Position numbers and translations under genes: made by a program. Positions 1 to 10,468 of a stretch of DNA of 64,000 nt are shown here, piece by piece (position 1 is the first letter of the stretch; each line of letters opens with the position of its first letter). Source of the DNA: Escherichia phage EK8. The stretch is from the sequence record PQ805430.1. One strand, given 5' to 3'. The notes beneath the pieces were generated by a model. It saw only the letters and a list, made by a program, of their open reading frames with translations, was not told the origin of the DNA and did not search any database.

Positions 1-1061
1 TGACAGTCAACCATGATGCCCGCATCTTTTTCGGATTTAACACCGGATGCAGTCAGGCGTTTGTAGATCACGATGGAGCCATCGTCAGCAATCGGCAGAT
101 CGCCGTGCTTCATGAACTTCATCAGGTCTTCAACGCTGAAACGGCGTTTGTGAACCACCGTACCCAGGCGTTCCAGGAATTTCTGGAAGCCAGTGAAGTC
201 TTTCAGATCCGTGGCTGCTTTAACTTGTGCAGCCAGGTGCTGAGCTTCCGGGATGATGGTACGGCCACCGTTGGTAACCGCCACTACCGTTTCGTCTTCG
301 GTCAGCTTTTCGTGGAACTTCGGATCGGATGCAGGTACTGCTTCCTTCTCCAGAATGTCCAGTCGAGCATTGGCCTCAGCGATTTTCTGCTCATTGGTTT
401 GAACCGGAGCAACCGGAGCCGGAGCATTGGCAGGCTTGTACGTTACCACACCGCCCAGGCGAGCCAGTTCGGTTACGAACAGCTTAACCCGTGCATCGTT
501 AACATCATACGCCACGAGAACCGGCAGGCTGCTGGATACCAGGTCATGGGCTTCTTTCAGCCCAGCCCCGGCGACAGCACGGATAGCTTTGATAACAGCA
601 ACCTTCTGCCCCTGCGGGTATGCTTCCAGCATCACGTCATAGTTACCCGGAGGGATAACCACGTCGTCGAACTCAGTCTCTACCGACTCGCCGGGGATAA
701 CCCCCAGCTTGATCGGATTGACATAAGCAGACGGTGCCGGTTGGGTAACCGCAGGCTGCTCAGGTTCATCACTGAACCAGTCAGCAATACGTTTTTTCGC
801 CACTTTGAAGAAGCGAACAACACCATTACTGGCTTTCTCTGCTTCATCAAATTCCGGCTGATGGACAACCGGTATAACCGGTGCCAGGGAGACTTCCACT
901 GCACGAGGGGGAACCTCGGACAGCGGAGCCTTCACCGTTTCCATAATGCGGGTGACACGAGGATCACCCTGCTTTACGGTTACGGTATCACCGTCCTCGG
1001 TAAAGAGGACGATGTTCGCAGAGTCAACTGACACTGCGATCACCACAACTGAATTTTTCAT
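1..1061 (-). CDS. rIIB: rIIB-like protein (partial; start at 1061, 3' end beyond window start)
   Basis: ATG at 1061..1059 overlaps rIIA stop (ATGA); hand translation MKNSVVVIAVSVDSANIVLFTEDGDTVTVKQGDPRVTRIME... stays open to position 901 in frame; plus-strand ORF 105..1031 is its shadow; position directly downstream of rIIA. Confidence 0.45.
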   Translation of the reverse strand, partial: MKNSVVVIAVSVDSANIVLFTEDGDTVTVKQGDPRVTRIMETVKAPLSEVPPRAVEVSLAPVIPVVHQPEFDEAEKASNGVVRFFKVAKKRIADWFSDEPEQPAVTQPAPSAYVNPIKLGVIPGESVETEFDDVVIPPGNYDVMLEAYPQGQKVAVIKAIRAVAGAGLKEAHDLVSSSLPVLVAYDVNDARVKLFVTELARLGGVVTYKPANAPAPVAPVQTNEQKIAEANARLDILEKEAVPASDPKFHEKLTEDETVVAVTNGGRTIIPEAQHLAAQVKAATDLKDFTGFQKFLERLGTVVHKRRFSVEDLMKFMKHGDLPIADDGSIVIYKRLTASGVKSEKDAGIMVDC

Positions 1062-3496
1062 TTTTTATTTCCGTTTTTCATCGCGATTAAAACGAGGGAT
1101 CGGAGAGCAGCTTTTCTCTCCGGGTACATGTCGGCAATCTCACGGACTTGCTCAATCGTTAATTTACGAATCACAATATCCGACTTGATGGCCTTAATTT
1201 GCTTGATCCAAGCAAACTCGGTCAGGTGCAAGGTTTCAACAACCTTACACTGCTCGTACTCTTCTTCGGTCAAGACCTCATCGGTGTACAGGCGATAGAG
1301 GCTGCACTCGTCGATAGCTTTGATTACAGCTTCCAAATCCTTACGGAATGTTAGCTTCTTCAAGCCAGGGACTTTAATGTCCAGCTTCTCCAGCATACGC
1401 AATGTGCCAGATTCTATGTTATGGGCAGTGGACAGATCCGATTGACGTTCTTTGGTCAGGTAGGTCTTCATCTCTTTGCTGAGATAAATCTCCAGCATAG
1501 GTTTGATGAAATACTGATCTACCGGAACCGCACCACGGCGTGCTGCCATGTTACGCTCGATACCGTTACGGACTACCACTGCGTTATCCAGCAGATTGTC
1601 ATCCAGCATGGATGGCGTGCAGAAACGGCCCAGCTTATTGTGCTTCACATCGTCGTACTCAACGTAGAACAGCGGAGCGTCGGTATTACCTTTCCACTCT
1701 TTAGCTGTCTTGATTTTCGAACGTGTGAACACCATAACGCCTTTGTCGCCAGTGTCCACCATGTTACGGATGGGCACCAGGCCATTTGCGATTACTGGTT
1801 TGGCTTCAGCAAGTTTTTTACGCTGCTTTTTGTACTTCTCGACCGGATCCCATTCATGATTCAGGGTCAGGTCAACGACAGTCCAGCCAGCGTCAGTGAA
1901 GGCTTTGATCGGTGCAACCTTTGCATCCTTCTTCATGCCGATGTGGTAAATGTAATAGTTCTTACGGAAGTCAGAGCCATTAAAACCAGGCCACTGCTCG
2001 CAGGAATACTCTACTTCTTTCAGGCGGGTAGTGATGAACACCACACGCTGAGTCAGGCAGTAGAGATTGCTCAGGATTTCCATGTCCTTGTGGTACAGGT
2101 GGAAATTCTTTGCGGTCAGCGAACGATAGCCTTTGAACTGAACCACACGAAGTGATCTCAGATCCAGGTCTTTATGCTCAAAGACTTTGGCTACCGGCTT
2201 CCAGATGAACTGGTAATGGAAACGACGTAACGCATCGTTGCGGCTGGTATTTTTAGCCACGTTAAGGGCACCCAGCAGGGCACTTTCGATGCTCGGATGA
2301 ATATTCCGCTCCGCGAGGAACTTCTTATACGAAGCCAGTTCACAATTTTTGAAGTATTTACGCCAGTGCTCAACGAGATCTTTACCCAGAGGTGAGGTCA
2401 GATAACGCTGTTGCAGATCGGAAAAGCCACGGATGAAGTGATACCAGTTTTTATCCTGCAAACGGTTGGCATTGACATCCCGCAGTTCCTCGCCAACTTT
2501 CATGGCTGTTACCGGAATGCTGGCACGGATATCTTTTTCGACACGCTTGGTCAGGTTAACGCAGAGGTCAACGATACCGTTCTCCGTCATCTTCTGGCTT
2601 GACAGTGCCTCACGGCCCGGTGTTAAAGCCAGAGTGTCAGGAGCAGCCTGAACGAGCATACGACGGATGTTCACGATACGCATGAAACGACGGATGGTGT
2701 CCAGGGCAGGACGAGTTGCCGGGGTATCCAGTGCCGGATAAACGACGTTACCATAACGGATAAACACTGCGTGCTCACCCATATAATCGTCATACCAGCG
2801 GTTCGAGTCCATGTGATAAGAACCTGGCTCGAAGGACATACCCAGTGTTTCCAGACGGCCAGTGGCACCACGGTAATAACCGGATACTTCCAGATCCACT
2901 TTCATTTCGCCATGCAGCGTGATGTAACGGATGTACTGGAGGAACTCGTACTCATCCCCATCTTCGACACGGATACGCACTTCCAGACCGGTTTCAGTGG
3001 TCGGAGCGTCCATGATTTTGGTAATACCCGGACGGCCACCAGATTCTATTGAGGATTTAGTTATGTTGTATACCGTCTTAGTTCCCTGGTTATACGAGAT
3101 AACCCGGAAGCTGTCGGTATACGCGAATGGTGATTTACAGCCCAGGCCAAAGCCACCAGTCACATTGCTGTTGGTCTTTTTGGTGGACGCACCATAGGTG
3201 CCGTACACTTCACCCATTTTGTCATGGGGAATGCCTGTACCGAAGTCACGGAAGATGAGATCACCTTCTTCGTTGATGGATACTTTAACGGCTGTGTCTT
3301 TCAGGCCAGCCTCAATATGGGCATCCCAGGAGTTGCAGAGCGTTTCACGCACTACAGCTAATTTCTGGTTTGAATAGAGGTTGGCTGACAAAATCTGGAA
3401 GAACGCCGGATCGTCAGAGATACCGAAGTTGATGGTCTGGTTGGCACCGCCCAGAGTTGCGGAAGACGCCAGTTGTGTTGAGTCGGCTACCTGCAT
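1058..3496 (-). CDS. rIIA: rIIA-like protein with N-terminal GHKL (histidine-kinase-like) ATPase domain
   Basis: 812 aa; N-terminus LSANLYSNQKLAVVRETLCNSWDAH...DFGTGIP...GGFGLGCKSPFAYTDSF matches the N-box/G1/G2 boxes of T4 rIIA as recalled. Confidence 0.75.
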   Translation of the reverse strand: MQVADSTQLASSATLGGANQTINFGISDDPAFFQILSANLYSNQKLAVVRETLCNSWDAHIEAGLKDTAVKVSINEEGDLIFRDFGTGIPHDKMGEVYGTYGASTKKTNSNVTGGFGLGCKSPFAYTDSFRVISYNQGTKTVYNITKSSIESGGRPGITKIMDAPTTETGLEVRIRVEDGDEYEFLQYIRYITLHGEMKVDLEVSGYYRGATGRLETLGMSFEPGSYHMDSNRWYDDYMGEHAVFIRYGNVVYPALDTPATRPALDTIRRFMRIVNIRRMLVQAAPDTLALTPGREALSSQKMTENGIVDLCVNLTKRVEKDIRASIPVTAMKVGEELRDVNANRLQDKNWYHFIRGFSDLQQRYLTSPLGKDLVEHWRKYFKNCELASYKKFLAERNIHPSIESALLGALNVAKNTSRNDALRRFHYQFIWKPVAKVFEHKDLDLRSLRVVQFKGYRSLTAKNFHLYHKDMEILSNLYCLTQRVVFITTRLKEVEYSCEQWPGFNGSDFRKNYYIYHIGMKKDAKVAPIKAFTDAGWTVVDLTLNHEWDPVEKYKKQRKKLAEAKPVIANGLVPIRNMVDTGDKGVMVFTRSKIKTAKEWKGNTDAPLFYVEYDDVKHNKLGRFCTPSMLDDNLLDNAVVVRNGIERNMAARRGAVPVDQYFIKPMLEIYLSKEMKTYLTKERQSDLSTAHNIESGTLRMLEKLDIKVPGLKKLTFRKDLEAVIKAIDECSLYRLYTDEVLTEEEYEQCKVVETLHLTEFAWIKQIKAIKSDIVIRKLTIEQVREIADMYPERKAALRSLVLIAMKNGNKK

Positions 3497-3524
3497 TTGA
3501 AATTCCTCAAGTAAGATTTAGAAA

Positions 3525-3560
3525 GGCTTTTAGTAAGAAAAAGCCAGATTAAATCTGGCT
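3525..3560 (-). terminator. rho-independent terminator candidate
   Basis: perfect palindrome agccagat-taa-atctggct followed on minus strand by ttttcttact. Confidence 0.4.
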
Positions 3561-3567
3561 TATTGGG

Positions 3568-3900
3568 TTAGATTTTTGGCAGCTTACCCGCCATAGCTTG
3601 CAGTACAAATACGGCCATATCTGATGCACGATCATCAGAAAGGTCAGATAATTGGAATCCCCAGTCTTCATCCCATTCATCAGCAATACGCTGAACTTCG
3701 GCCAGACCCGCCTGCACCATATCCGGGGTCGGAGTGGTGAACGCTTCTTCTAACTGTTGAATACGCTGAACGAGGGCGAGAGCCAGATTATCTCCAGTAA
3801 GGTCGCGCCAAAGGTGGCCATTACGATGAGCAACGAAATGAGCACCGCAATCGTGAGAGACTTCATATTCGCCTACCTTCACAATGGTTTTGGTTGTCAT
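3568..3900 (-). CDS. hypothetical protein (110 aa)
   Basis: ORF in co-directional operon, abuts neighbours. Confidence 0.5.
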   Translation of the reverse strand: MTTKTIVKVGEYEVSHDCGAHFVAHRNGHLWRDLTGDNLALALVQRIQQLEEAFTTPTPDMVQAGLAEVQRIADEWDEDWGFQLSDLSDDRASDMAVFVLQAMAGKLPKI

Positions 3901-4424
3901 ACAAACACTCCTAAAGTGTTCTTGGTCGCACGCTGGAACAGCATATCCAGGTTATGCGCATGTTTGGTTTTAAACTCGGCTACCTGCTCATCACTGAGAG
4001 GCTGGAAGTGTTCCAGGTCGAGTTCCTCTTTGATGCCAATCTTCCGCATTTGTTCATGCAGAAGGCTCGGCAATAGTTGGTACAGGTGAGTTGCACTTTC
4101 ACACCGGCCTACGGCAGCGATCAGTGCAGCATTAACGTAGGCACCTTCCTCATCCAGAATCTTCCGGCGTTTTGCCATCAGTTCGTGCATTTCGGGATAC
4201 AGGAATTTGGCCAGTGTCTGGGGGAAACGTACCGGTTGCGATTCGAACCGGAATACTTCACCCCCGAACGTAAACGTTAATAACGGCGACTTTCTCGCTT
4301 CCTGGTTTCGCTGGGCAATCGACATGATCTTCTCATCGAAGTAGTCAATCGCCCCCTGAAACATGTAACGGTGCAATAGCTTCACCACAAGCTGGATATC
4401 TTTGGTTGTCAGGTCTTTGATCAT
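3897..4424 (-). CDS. hypothetical protein (175 aa)
   Basis: ORF, 4-nt overlaps with both neighbours. Confidence 0.5.
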   Translation of the reverse strand: MIKDLTTKDIQLVVKLLHRYMFQGAIDYFDEKIMSIAQRNQEARKSPLLTFTFGGEVFRFESQPVRFPQTLAKFLYPEMHELMAKRRKILDEEGAYVNAALIAAVGRCESATHLYQLLPSLLHEQMRKIGIKEELDLEHFQPLSDEQVAEFKTKHAHNLDMLFQRATKNTLGVFV

Positions 4425-5776
4425 CAGTACAGATCCCCAGTAAGAAATAGCTGCTTACGGGCACGAGTGCAGGCCACATACAGAAGCCGCATACGGATTT
4501 CAGTGTCCACACAATACCCGATATCAGCCAGGTCAATATAAACACGTCGGAAGGTGGAACCCTGTGACTTGTAGACTGTCTGGGCATAGACCGGGCGTAA
4601 GTCTACCCAGGTGTCTTTCACCTTACGCATCTGGTGCAGATAGGCTTCGGCTGCTTTAGGCTCCGGGGTATTCTCATACTCCCGGTACAGTCGGTTGATG
4701 ATTTTGGAGATGGCCTTATGGTCATGTGGCATGAAGAACGTTCGTTCGTTCTCGTTGTTCATGTACACCCAATAGCCAGGCTCTCCATGCTGAACATCCT
4801 CTTCGAGGGCACTGATATAAACCAGGCCATCAGTACGGATGCCACCAGTGCCTTTCTTGCCAGCCACGTAGTGGTTGTTGATCGCATAATCCCCGGCCTG
4901 AAAGTCACGGCTACCGGTGATGATTCTGTTCATGCCTTTGTTGTAGGCTTGAACCCGGTTGTTACGAAAGGCCAGGAATTTGCTGGTGCTAAAGATCCAG
5001 TCGTCGGACGACATATCCGCCAGCATTACCCGGTCGAACTGAGGACGTGGCATCCACACGATGTGTTTCCCGTCGATAGGACAGGGCGGGATACGCCAGT
5101 CCTTCGCCAGAATACGCTTACGCAGTTCCACGCTGAGTTTGAAGATGGGCGTATCAGTATCAAAACGCTCCACGATCTTAAGCTCAGCTTTACGGAAGCC
5201 AGATTCGAATGCAGGCATCGACTTGGCATCGGCATTCTTCAACTGAGCAGGATCACCAACAAAGATAACTTTCGTATCCTTGCTGATTTTCTTCTTAATC
5301 CAGTCGAATAATTCCTCGTCGATATAGCTCGCCTCATCAATGATGAGGATGCACTTACCGGCCTTGAAATCGTATTTCCGGTCGGCCAGTCTGTCCTTCC
5401 TGGGATTGTTGGGATCCGGTGCCATAGTCAGCCCCAGATAGCTGTGAATAGTTTTCACCTCTGGATTCATGACAGTAATGTCATCACCAGTCACCGACGC
5501 ATCCAGGCCACGGAGTTGAATCTCCATAGCCTCACATGCTTTATTGGTGGTGGCGGTGAAATTGATAGGCAGACCGGTTTTACCCTTCAAACCCAGCAGT
5601 CGCCGGGTCTTATGGAAGTCATGAAGGGTACGCACGAAGTGCTTTAGCACGAATGTCTTACCGGTTCCCCCGGCACCCTCCAGAACCATAAACTGTTCTG
5701 TGGAGCTACCGAGGAACCCGTGCATTATCTGAATGGCCGATTCCTGATCGGCATTAAGTTTTACGTCTTCGGACAT
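4424..5776 (-). CDS. SF1 DNA helicase (Dda/RecD-like)
   Basis: Walker A GAGGTGKT, Walker B IIDEASY, VGDPAQL, YKSQGSTF, ACTRAR motifs. Confidence 0.75.
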   Translation of the reverse strand: MSEDVKLNADQESAIQIMHGFLGSSTEQFMVLEGAGGTGKTFVLKHFVRTLHDFHKTRRLLGLKGKTGLPINFTATTNKACEAMEIQLRGLDASVTGDDITVMNPEVKTIHSYLGLTMAPDPNNPRKDRLADRKYDFKAGKCILIIDEASYIDEELFDWIKKKISKDTKVIFVGDPAQLKNADAKSMPAFESGFRKAELKIVERFDTDTPIFKLSVELRKRILAKDWRIPPCPIDGKHIVWMPRPQFDRVMLADMSSDDWIFSTSKFLAFRNNRVQAYNKGMNRIITGSRDFQAGDYAINNHYVAGKKGTGGIRTDGLVYISALEEDVQHGEPGYWVYMNNENERTFFMPHDHKAISKIINRLYREYENTPEPKAAEAYLHQMRKVKDTWVDLRPVYAQTVYKSQGSTFRRVYIDLADIGYCVDTEIRMRLLYVACTRARKQLFLTGDLY

Positions 5777-5793
5777 GATTACCTCTTAGAGGA

Positions 5794-6963
5794 TCAATCG
5801 TCCTCCGGCATTTTAAAGTGTACAACCTGACCGAATGGCGGTGTGAAACCTGGGTTACCATAGACTGCCCAGATCACCGGTTTACGGGGGTTAGGAATGT
5901 TGTGCAGATTGTGGATGTAACCATCCGTCAATACAACCAGCCAGCGGGACTGATCGGCAGCGTAGGATTCCATCAACTCGTCGATGACCGTACCACCACC
6001 GCCCTTCATCTCAATGTTCAGGAGAGCCTTGAGACTACGGACACGGTTTTTGCTACGCAGCACATGGTCAAACTGCATCACCTCGATATAGTCCGGGTTG
6101 AAGCCCTTCAATACGTGGTGAGTTTCACTGACGAAGAAGTTGAAGATCTTATCGGTTATTGATCCTGATGTATCCCAGCCGAAAGCACCTGGGCCTAAGC
6201 CAGGGGAATATTGACTCGGCAGATAGATACCCATCGGGTGATAACGACGGTTCGGACGCATCCAGTTGAAATCGCCTTTGGTCATGGCGAAAAACAGACG
6301 ACGAAGCACACGCTGCCAGGGAATGGCAGGCTTAAGAATGCTGTCAATCAGTCGCTGTAAGTCTGGGCCAATATCGCTGGGCATTTTGCCAGCCATCTCA
6401 GCCATCGCCTTACCACGCATGACAAGCTCTTGCACCTTCTGCTTAATTTCCTGTCTGGTTTCGGTCTGGTGAGGCCCGTTAGGTTCACGCAGATCCTTCA
6501 TCGGCATACCGCCAAACATATTGTCCGGGGTAGAGCCTTTACCATTCTCTTCCTCTTCATCCTGTAGCAGGCGATACACCTGCATAGTGGAGAGGTTACG
6601 GAAATCTTCACGCAGTAGACCACCCTTCGGCATTTTCAGGCCGACACGGGTGAGGATTAAGTTGATCACGTAATCCGCAGCTTTGTTCCAGAGGTCAGGA
6701 TCCATACCCTGAGCACGTTCAGTGCAGTGCTCCAGTGCGATATGCAGACCTTCATGGGCGACGATGAACTCACGCTCATCAGGGGTGAGGGATTTGAAAA
6801 ATTCCTCGTTGTAGTAACAGTTCAGCCCGTCCGTAAAGGCCGTGGCTTCTGTATTGTTAATGCTGTGCTTACAGCCCAGGATGATGTGAGTGAAGAACAC
6901 CATCTCATCTTTTGTAAGTAGGCCGATCTTGGCCTTGCTCATAATTTTTTGGAAGTCCATCAC
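5794..6963 (-). CDS. vWA-domain protein with N-terminal zincin-like HExxH domain
   Basis: HEGLH motif plus MIDAS-like DTSGS; sits beside MoxR-type ATPase; start could be the internal Met at 6903. Confidence 0.6.
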   Translation of the reverse strand: MMDFQKIMSKAKIGLLTKDEMVFFTHIILGCKHSINNTEATAFTDGLNCYYNEEFFKSLTPDEREFIVAHEGLHIALEHCTERAQGMDPDLWNKAADYVINLILTRVGLKMPKGGLLREDFRNLSTMQVYRLLQDEEEENGKGSTPDNMFGGMPMKDLREPNGPHQTETRQEIKQKVQELVMRGKAMAEMAGKMPSDIGPDLQRLIDSILKPAIPWQRVLRRLFFAMTKGDFNWMRPNRRYHPMGIYLPSQYSPGLGPGAFGWDTSGSITDKIFNFFVSETHHVLKGFNPDYIEVMQFDHVLRSKNRVRSLKALLNIEMKGGGGTVIDELMESYAADQSRWLVVLTDGYIHNLHNIPNPRKPVIWAVYGNPGFTPPFGQVVHFKMPEDD

Positions 6964-7504
6964 TGTTACCTTTCAGTAAGATCATGGTTTTAATTTCGAA
7001 TGCCCGATCATTTATCAGCGACCAATCGAGTTGACGCAGATAATCGTCGAGCAGATATAGTTCACTTTTAATACCCTCATGGGTATCAACCACCATCCAC
7101 TTATGTACCATGAACTCACTTTCGTCAGACCAGTAGTACATATCGCAATGCGCACGCATTGTTCTTGATGACTGTGGGTTGAATTTCTCCGTACTGATAT
7201 TGATTATGCAGTGCGGAATGTAGGCTTGCCCCAGCAGCTTAGAAGGCGACGGGCTGGATGGTTTAATAAACCGGGAAAAGAGACAGAGAGGATTACGCTG
7301 GAATGACCACACGAGTGGCAACTGCATATCCTCTTGGATGGGTAGTATGATCCTCTGTGCCTCTTCTAAACGAGAATCGGGGACTACCACAAATATTTCT
7401 TCTGCCTTTTCGAATTGGGAAGCCCAGCTTTGTTCGTACTGTTCTTTCCATTCACGCCCGGAGGCCAGACGGGGCTGATCGTTTAGCCACGGATACTTGC
7501 TCAT
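6905..7504 (-). CDS. hypothetical protein (199 aa)
   Basis: ORF in operon context. Confidence 0.45.
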   Translation of the reverse strand: MSKYPWLNDQPRLASGREWKEQYEQSWASQFEKAEEIFVVVPDSRLEEAQRIILPIQEDMQLPLVWSFQRNPLCLFSRFIKPSSPSPSKLLGQAYIPHCIINISTEKFNPQSSRTMRAHCDMYYWSDESEFMVHKWMVVDTHEGIKSELYLLDDYLRQLDWSLINDRAFEIKTMILLKGNSDGLPKNYEQGQDRPTYKR

Positions 7505-7519
7505 GATAGTCCCCTTTAC

Positions 7520-8152
7520 TTAGCCGACGATAGAACGGTCTTCTTTGCCGTGGCGTTTCACAATTTCAACGGCCATGTAATACGGCATTGCAGTGATGTT
7601 CAGGCTTTCCACTACAGCGGTTTTTCCGCCGTGCAGAATAGCGAACACATTAGGATTGTTACGGCTTTGGTAAACATCCACCGGGCCGGACATACCGTCC
7701 ATACGAGTGATCTGCACAAAACGCAGTTTGTTGGTCGGTTGTTTTGCTTCCGGCTTACCGAACATCGCGTTACATGCTTCGCAGTCGGTACGGCCACAAT
7801 GCTTTTCAGGGATAGCCGCATCACGCAGAGCAGAGAACAGATAGCTCAGAGCGTCGATAGCATCATCCTGGCTTTGTGGATCAAAGATTTCGGGATCTTT
7901 ATACTCCGGGTTCGGGCCAGCCGGTTCAGCCTGTTGATACGCAGTCTGGTCTTCGCCGGGTTTAGCCGGGTCAACAGCCACTTCGGGCATTACACCGACT
8001 TCCAGTGCAGCACCGGCAGCGACAACAGCCTCCTCTACGAGGTTACGCAGATTGGCTCGTTGATCCTGGCGAGCACGAGTGATTGCCAGTTCAATTGCCA
8101 GTTCTTGCAGGCTTTGTGGTAAAGAATTAAAGGTACGGATGGTATTAGACAT
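7520..8152 (-). CDS. hypothetical protein (210 aa)
   Basis: ORF in operon context. Confidence 0.5.
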   Translation of the reverse strand: MSNTIRTFNSLPQSLQELAIELAITRARQDQRANLRNLVEEAVVAAGAALEVGVMPEVAVDPAKPGEDQTAYQQAEPAGPNPEYKDPEIFDPQSQDDAIDALSYLFSALRDAAIPEKHCGRTDCEACNAMFGKPEAKQPTNKLRFVQITRMDGMSGPVDVYQSRNNPNVFAILHGGKTAVVESLNITAMPYYMAVEIVKRHGKEDRSIVG

Positions 8153-8193
8153 TGACTGTCTCCAGTTAAAGTGGGGCCGAAGCCCCAGGGGGA

Positions 8194-9234
8194 TTAATGC
8201 CAGAGTTCTTTGCTGTTACGAGCGATCCAGTCCTTCATCGCTTCATGCTGGATGAGTGAATCGTCACGCGCCATGATGTGACGGAATGCGATTACCTGGT
8301 ACTCCATCAGCATACGCTCGATGTACGGCACCAGTTTATCGATGTTGTCCTTATTGGCGTGCTGAGCCATTGAACCGGCTACAGCGTAAACCAGCGACGG
8401 ATTATCATCGCTTTCCGGGCAACGGGCTTTCAGCGGGTCTGCCAGAATGTCAGCCAGCTTCGGCACCTGGTCGAAGATTTTACAGAATGCAATAAATTCA
8501 GCACCTACACCAGATGAGATACAGCCAGCCACCAGCGGCAGGTCAGCATCAGTTACCGGTTCGCCACGGATCAGCTTATCCAGGAACATCCAGGTACGCG
8601 GAGCAGCGAAGGTCAGGTCGTCGTGGTCAGGCTTGAAGTGATGCACATAGTCCGGTTTGAACTCCAGAAACGCAGCGATACGATAATCGATATTCTGCGT
8701 CAGGGCATACTTCATGAAGCAATCCAGGTTGGTATACACCTGGAAGTTGATCATACGAGACTGCAACGGAGTTGGTAACGGGTTAACGATGGCACCATCG
8801 TCTTCCATGTTACCGGCAGCGGCCAGGAGTGCATGGGAGTGCAGCTTACGCTGGCCTACCATTTTATCCAGGATCAGCTTGAATGCAGCAGCCTGTACGG
8901 ACGGAGCCGCAGACGGCAGTTCATCCAGGAATACCAGCCAGCCTTTGTAGCCTTCGGGGATAGAATCCCCTTCGACCGGGAATACGTCGAACGGTACATA
9001 CTCCGCAATGTTGCGGGCACCGGACGTGTTGAAGTATGGCAGACCGTTCATGTCAGCAGGGTCATACGTGCTCAGACGCACGTCAATGACCTTGAGGCTG
9101 AACTTTTCTGCGATGGTGCGAATGATATCGGATTTACCGATGGCAGGTGATCCATGCAGCATAGGCACCAGACGTTTTTTGAGCACACGTTCTACGAACG
9201 GGATGGAGTGATCCAGACGGACTTGGGTTGTCAT
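8194..9234 (-). CDS. MoxR-like AAA+ ATPase
   Basis: P-loop LHGSPAIGKS, Walker B LVFLDE; classic partner of vWA proteins. Confidence 0.65.
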   Translation of the reverse strand: MTTQVRLDHSIPFVERVLKKRLVPMLHGSPAIGKSDIIRTIAEKFSLKVIDVRLSTYDPADMNGLPYFNTSGARNIAEYVPFDVFPVEGDSIPEGYKGWLVFLDELPSAAPSVQAAAFKLILDKMVGQRKLHSHALLAAAGNMEDDGAIVNPLPTPLQSRMINFQVYTNLDCFMKYALTQNIDYRIAAFLEFKPDYVHHFKPDHDDLTFAAPRTWMFLDKLIRGEPVTDADLPLVAGCISSGVGAEFIAFCKIFDQVPKLADILADPLKARCPESDDNPSLVYAVAGSMAQHANKDNIDKLVPYIERMLMEYQVIAFRHIMARDDSLIQHEAMKDWIARNSKELWH

Positions 9235-9236
9235 AA

Positions 9237-10004
9237 CTATACCTGTAAGAAGTAACGGTGAATGAGTTGATTCACAACACGGACGCCAATAGCATTCGTC
9301 TTGTAGACCATTTTAAGTTGGGCCTGCACTTCGTTGATGACCTTCTTCTTGTACTGGCTTAAGTTCTTGCCAGTACCGAACGCCTTAATGTACTCGTCCA
9401 GTAAACGAGACTCCGGCACCAGGTCGAGAAGGGATTGCAGGGACGGTCGGATGGTACTGAAATGCAGTGCCACACGTCCTAAAAATTCTGTACGCACACC
9501 CAGTTCACGCATACGGTCGTGGGTGAGGTTAGCTTCGCCATTGAAAGCACCAGCGAACACGAATAATACGTGCTCAACGGAGACTTTCTCGTACTTGCCA
9601 TAGTCACCAAAGACACTGGCGGTACTGCTTTCCAGCATGGTGAGGAACTCGTTCTGGACACCGGCCAGAGCTTCGTGAGTCTCACCGCCTACGCCATTGG
9701 TAAACAGCTTATCGAACTCGTCTACGAAGATTACGATGCCGTTTACCCCGACCATTCCCCGGAGGGGAGCCAGGGCTTTGGATAACGAGTTACCCGATAC
9801 ACCTTCTTTGGTTAAACCAGCAGCGTTGACTTCCAGCATCTGAATTTCACGCTCTTTGGCGAGAGTCGAGATCAGGTGAGATTTACCAGATCCTGATTCA
9901 CCCGACAGGATGAAGTGAGGGCGGATCGCACCTTTAGATTTAGTGTAAGCATCAAAGACGCGGCCTAATACGCCCGCAACTTCTTCTTGTTCTGGGAGAA
10001 TCAT
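9237..10004 (-). CDS. AAA+-type ATPase (255 aa)
   Basis: Walker A GESGSGKSHL, Walker B IVIFVDEFD. Confidence 0.55.
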   Translation of the reverse strand: MILPEQEEVAGVLGRVFDAYTKSKGAIRPHFILSGESGSGKSHLISTLAKEREIQMLEVNAAGLTKEGVSGNSLSKALAPLRGMVGVNGIVIFVDEFDKLFTNGVGGETHEALAGVQNEFLTMLESSTASVFGDYGKYEKVSVEHVLFVFAGAFNGEANLTHDRMRELGVRTEFLGRVALHFSTIRPSLQSLLDLVPESRLLDEYIKAFGTGKNLSQYKKKVINEVQAQLKMVYKTNAIGVRVVNQLIHRYFLQV

Positions 10005-10075
10005 AGATACCTCGAATTAGGTTCAGGTGCCTACTCACGGTCGGCAGGGACTTTCATATTTCAGCACCAGAGGGA

Positions 10076-10468
10076 TTAACGACAGTCGAACGCAATACCG
10101 AATTGCTTCTGGCCTTCGTAGCGGAATACGCCATAGAAGCCCGCATACTGGCCTGTGCCTTTGCTGAACAGCAGACCAATGTTGTTGTAGCCCTGTATAC
10201 CAGAAGGCTTCTGGATGATGAGCTGAGGCGACACCATTGCTACTTTGCCTTTCGCGTTAATCACGGTGAATCGGTCACCCTGATCACGGATGAAGGAGAT
10301 GGCCAACGGCTGATCCGGTTTACCCGTTTCAGTGCGAACAGCCTGACACCAGAGATCAGTAGCCGGGGCGGAGGCAACCGCCGTAACCTGCGTAGCAGGT
10401 GTAGGCTGGTTGACGACGCACCCAGCAAGAGAAAAAACAGCGACAGCAACGAGAATAAGTTTTTTCAT
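10076..10468 (-). CDS. lipoprotein (130 aa)
   Basis: signal peptide MKKLILVAVAVFSLAGC with lipobox LAGC. Confidence 0.6.
   Translation of the reverse strand: MKKLILVAVAVFSLAGCVVNQPTPATQVTAVASAPATDLWCQAVRTETGKPDQPLAISFIRDQGDRFTVINAKGKVAMVSPQLIIQKPSGIQGYNNIGLLFSKGTGQYAGFYGVFRYEGQKQFGIAFDCR

Noticed and set aside
105-1031. 308-aa plus-strand ORF at the window start
   Set aside because: It is the antisense shadow of the minus-strand rIIB-like gene, which translates cleanly from ATG 1061 and is coupled to the rIIA stop. Its product is low-complexity with no RBS context.
1421-3197. Plus-strand ORFs (244, 93, 88 aa and others) inside the rIIA region
   Set aside because: They are antisense to a well-supported 812-aa gene with clear GHKL motifs; typical shadow ORFs.
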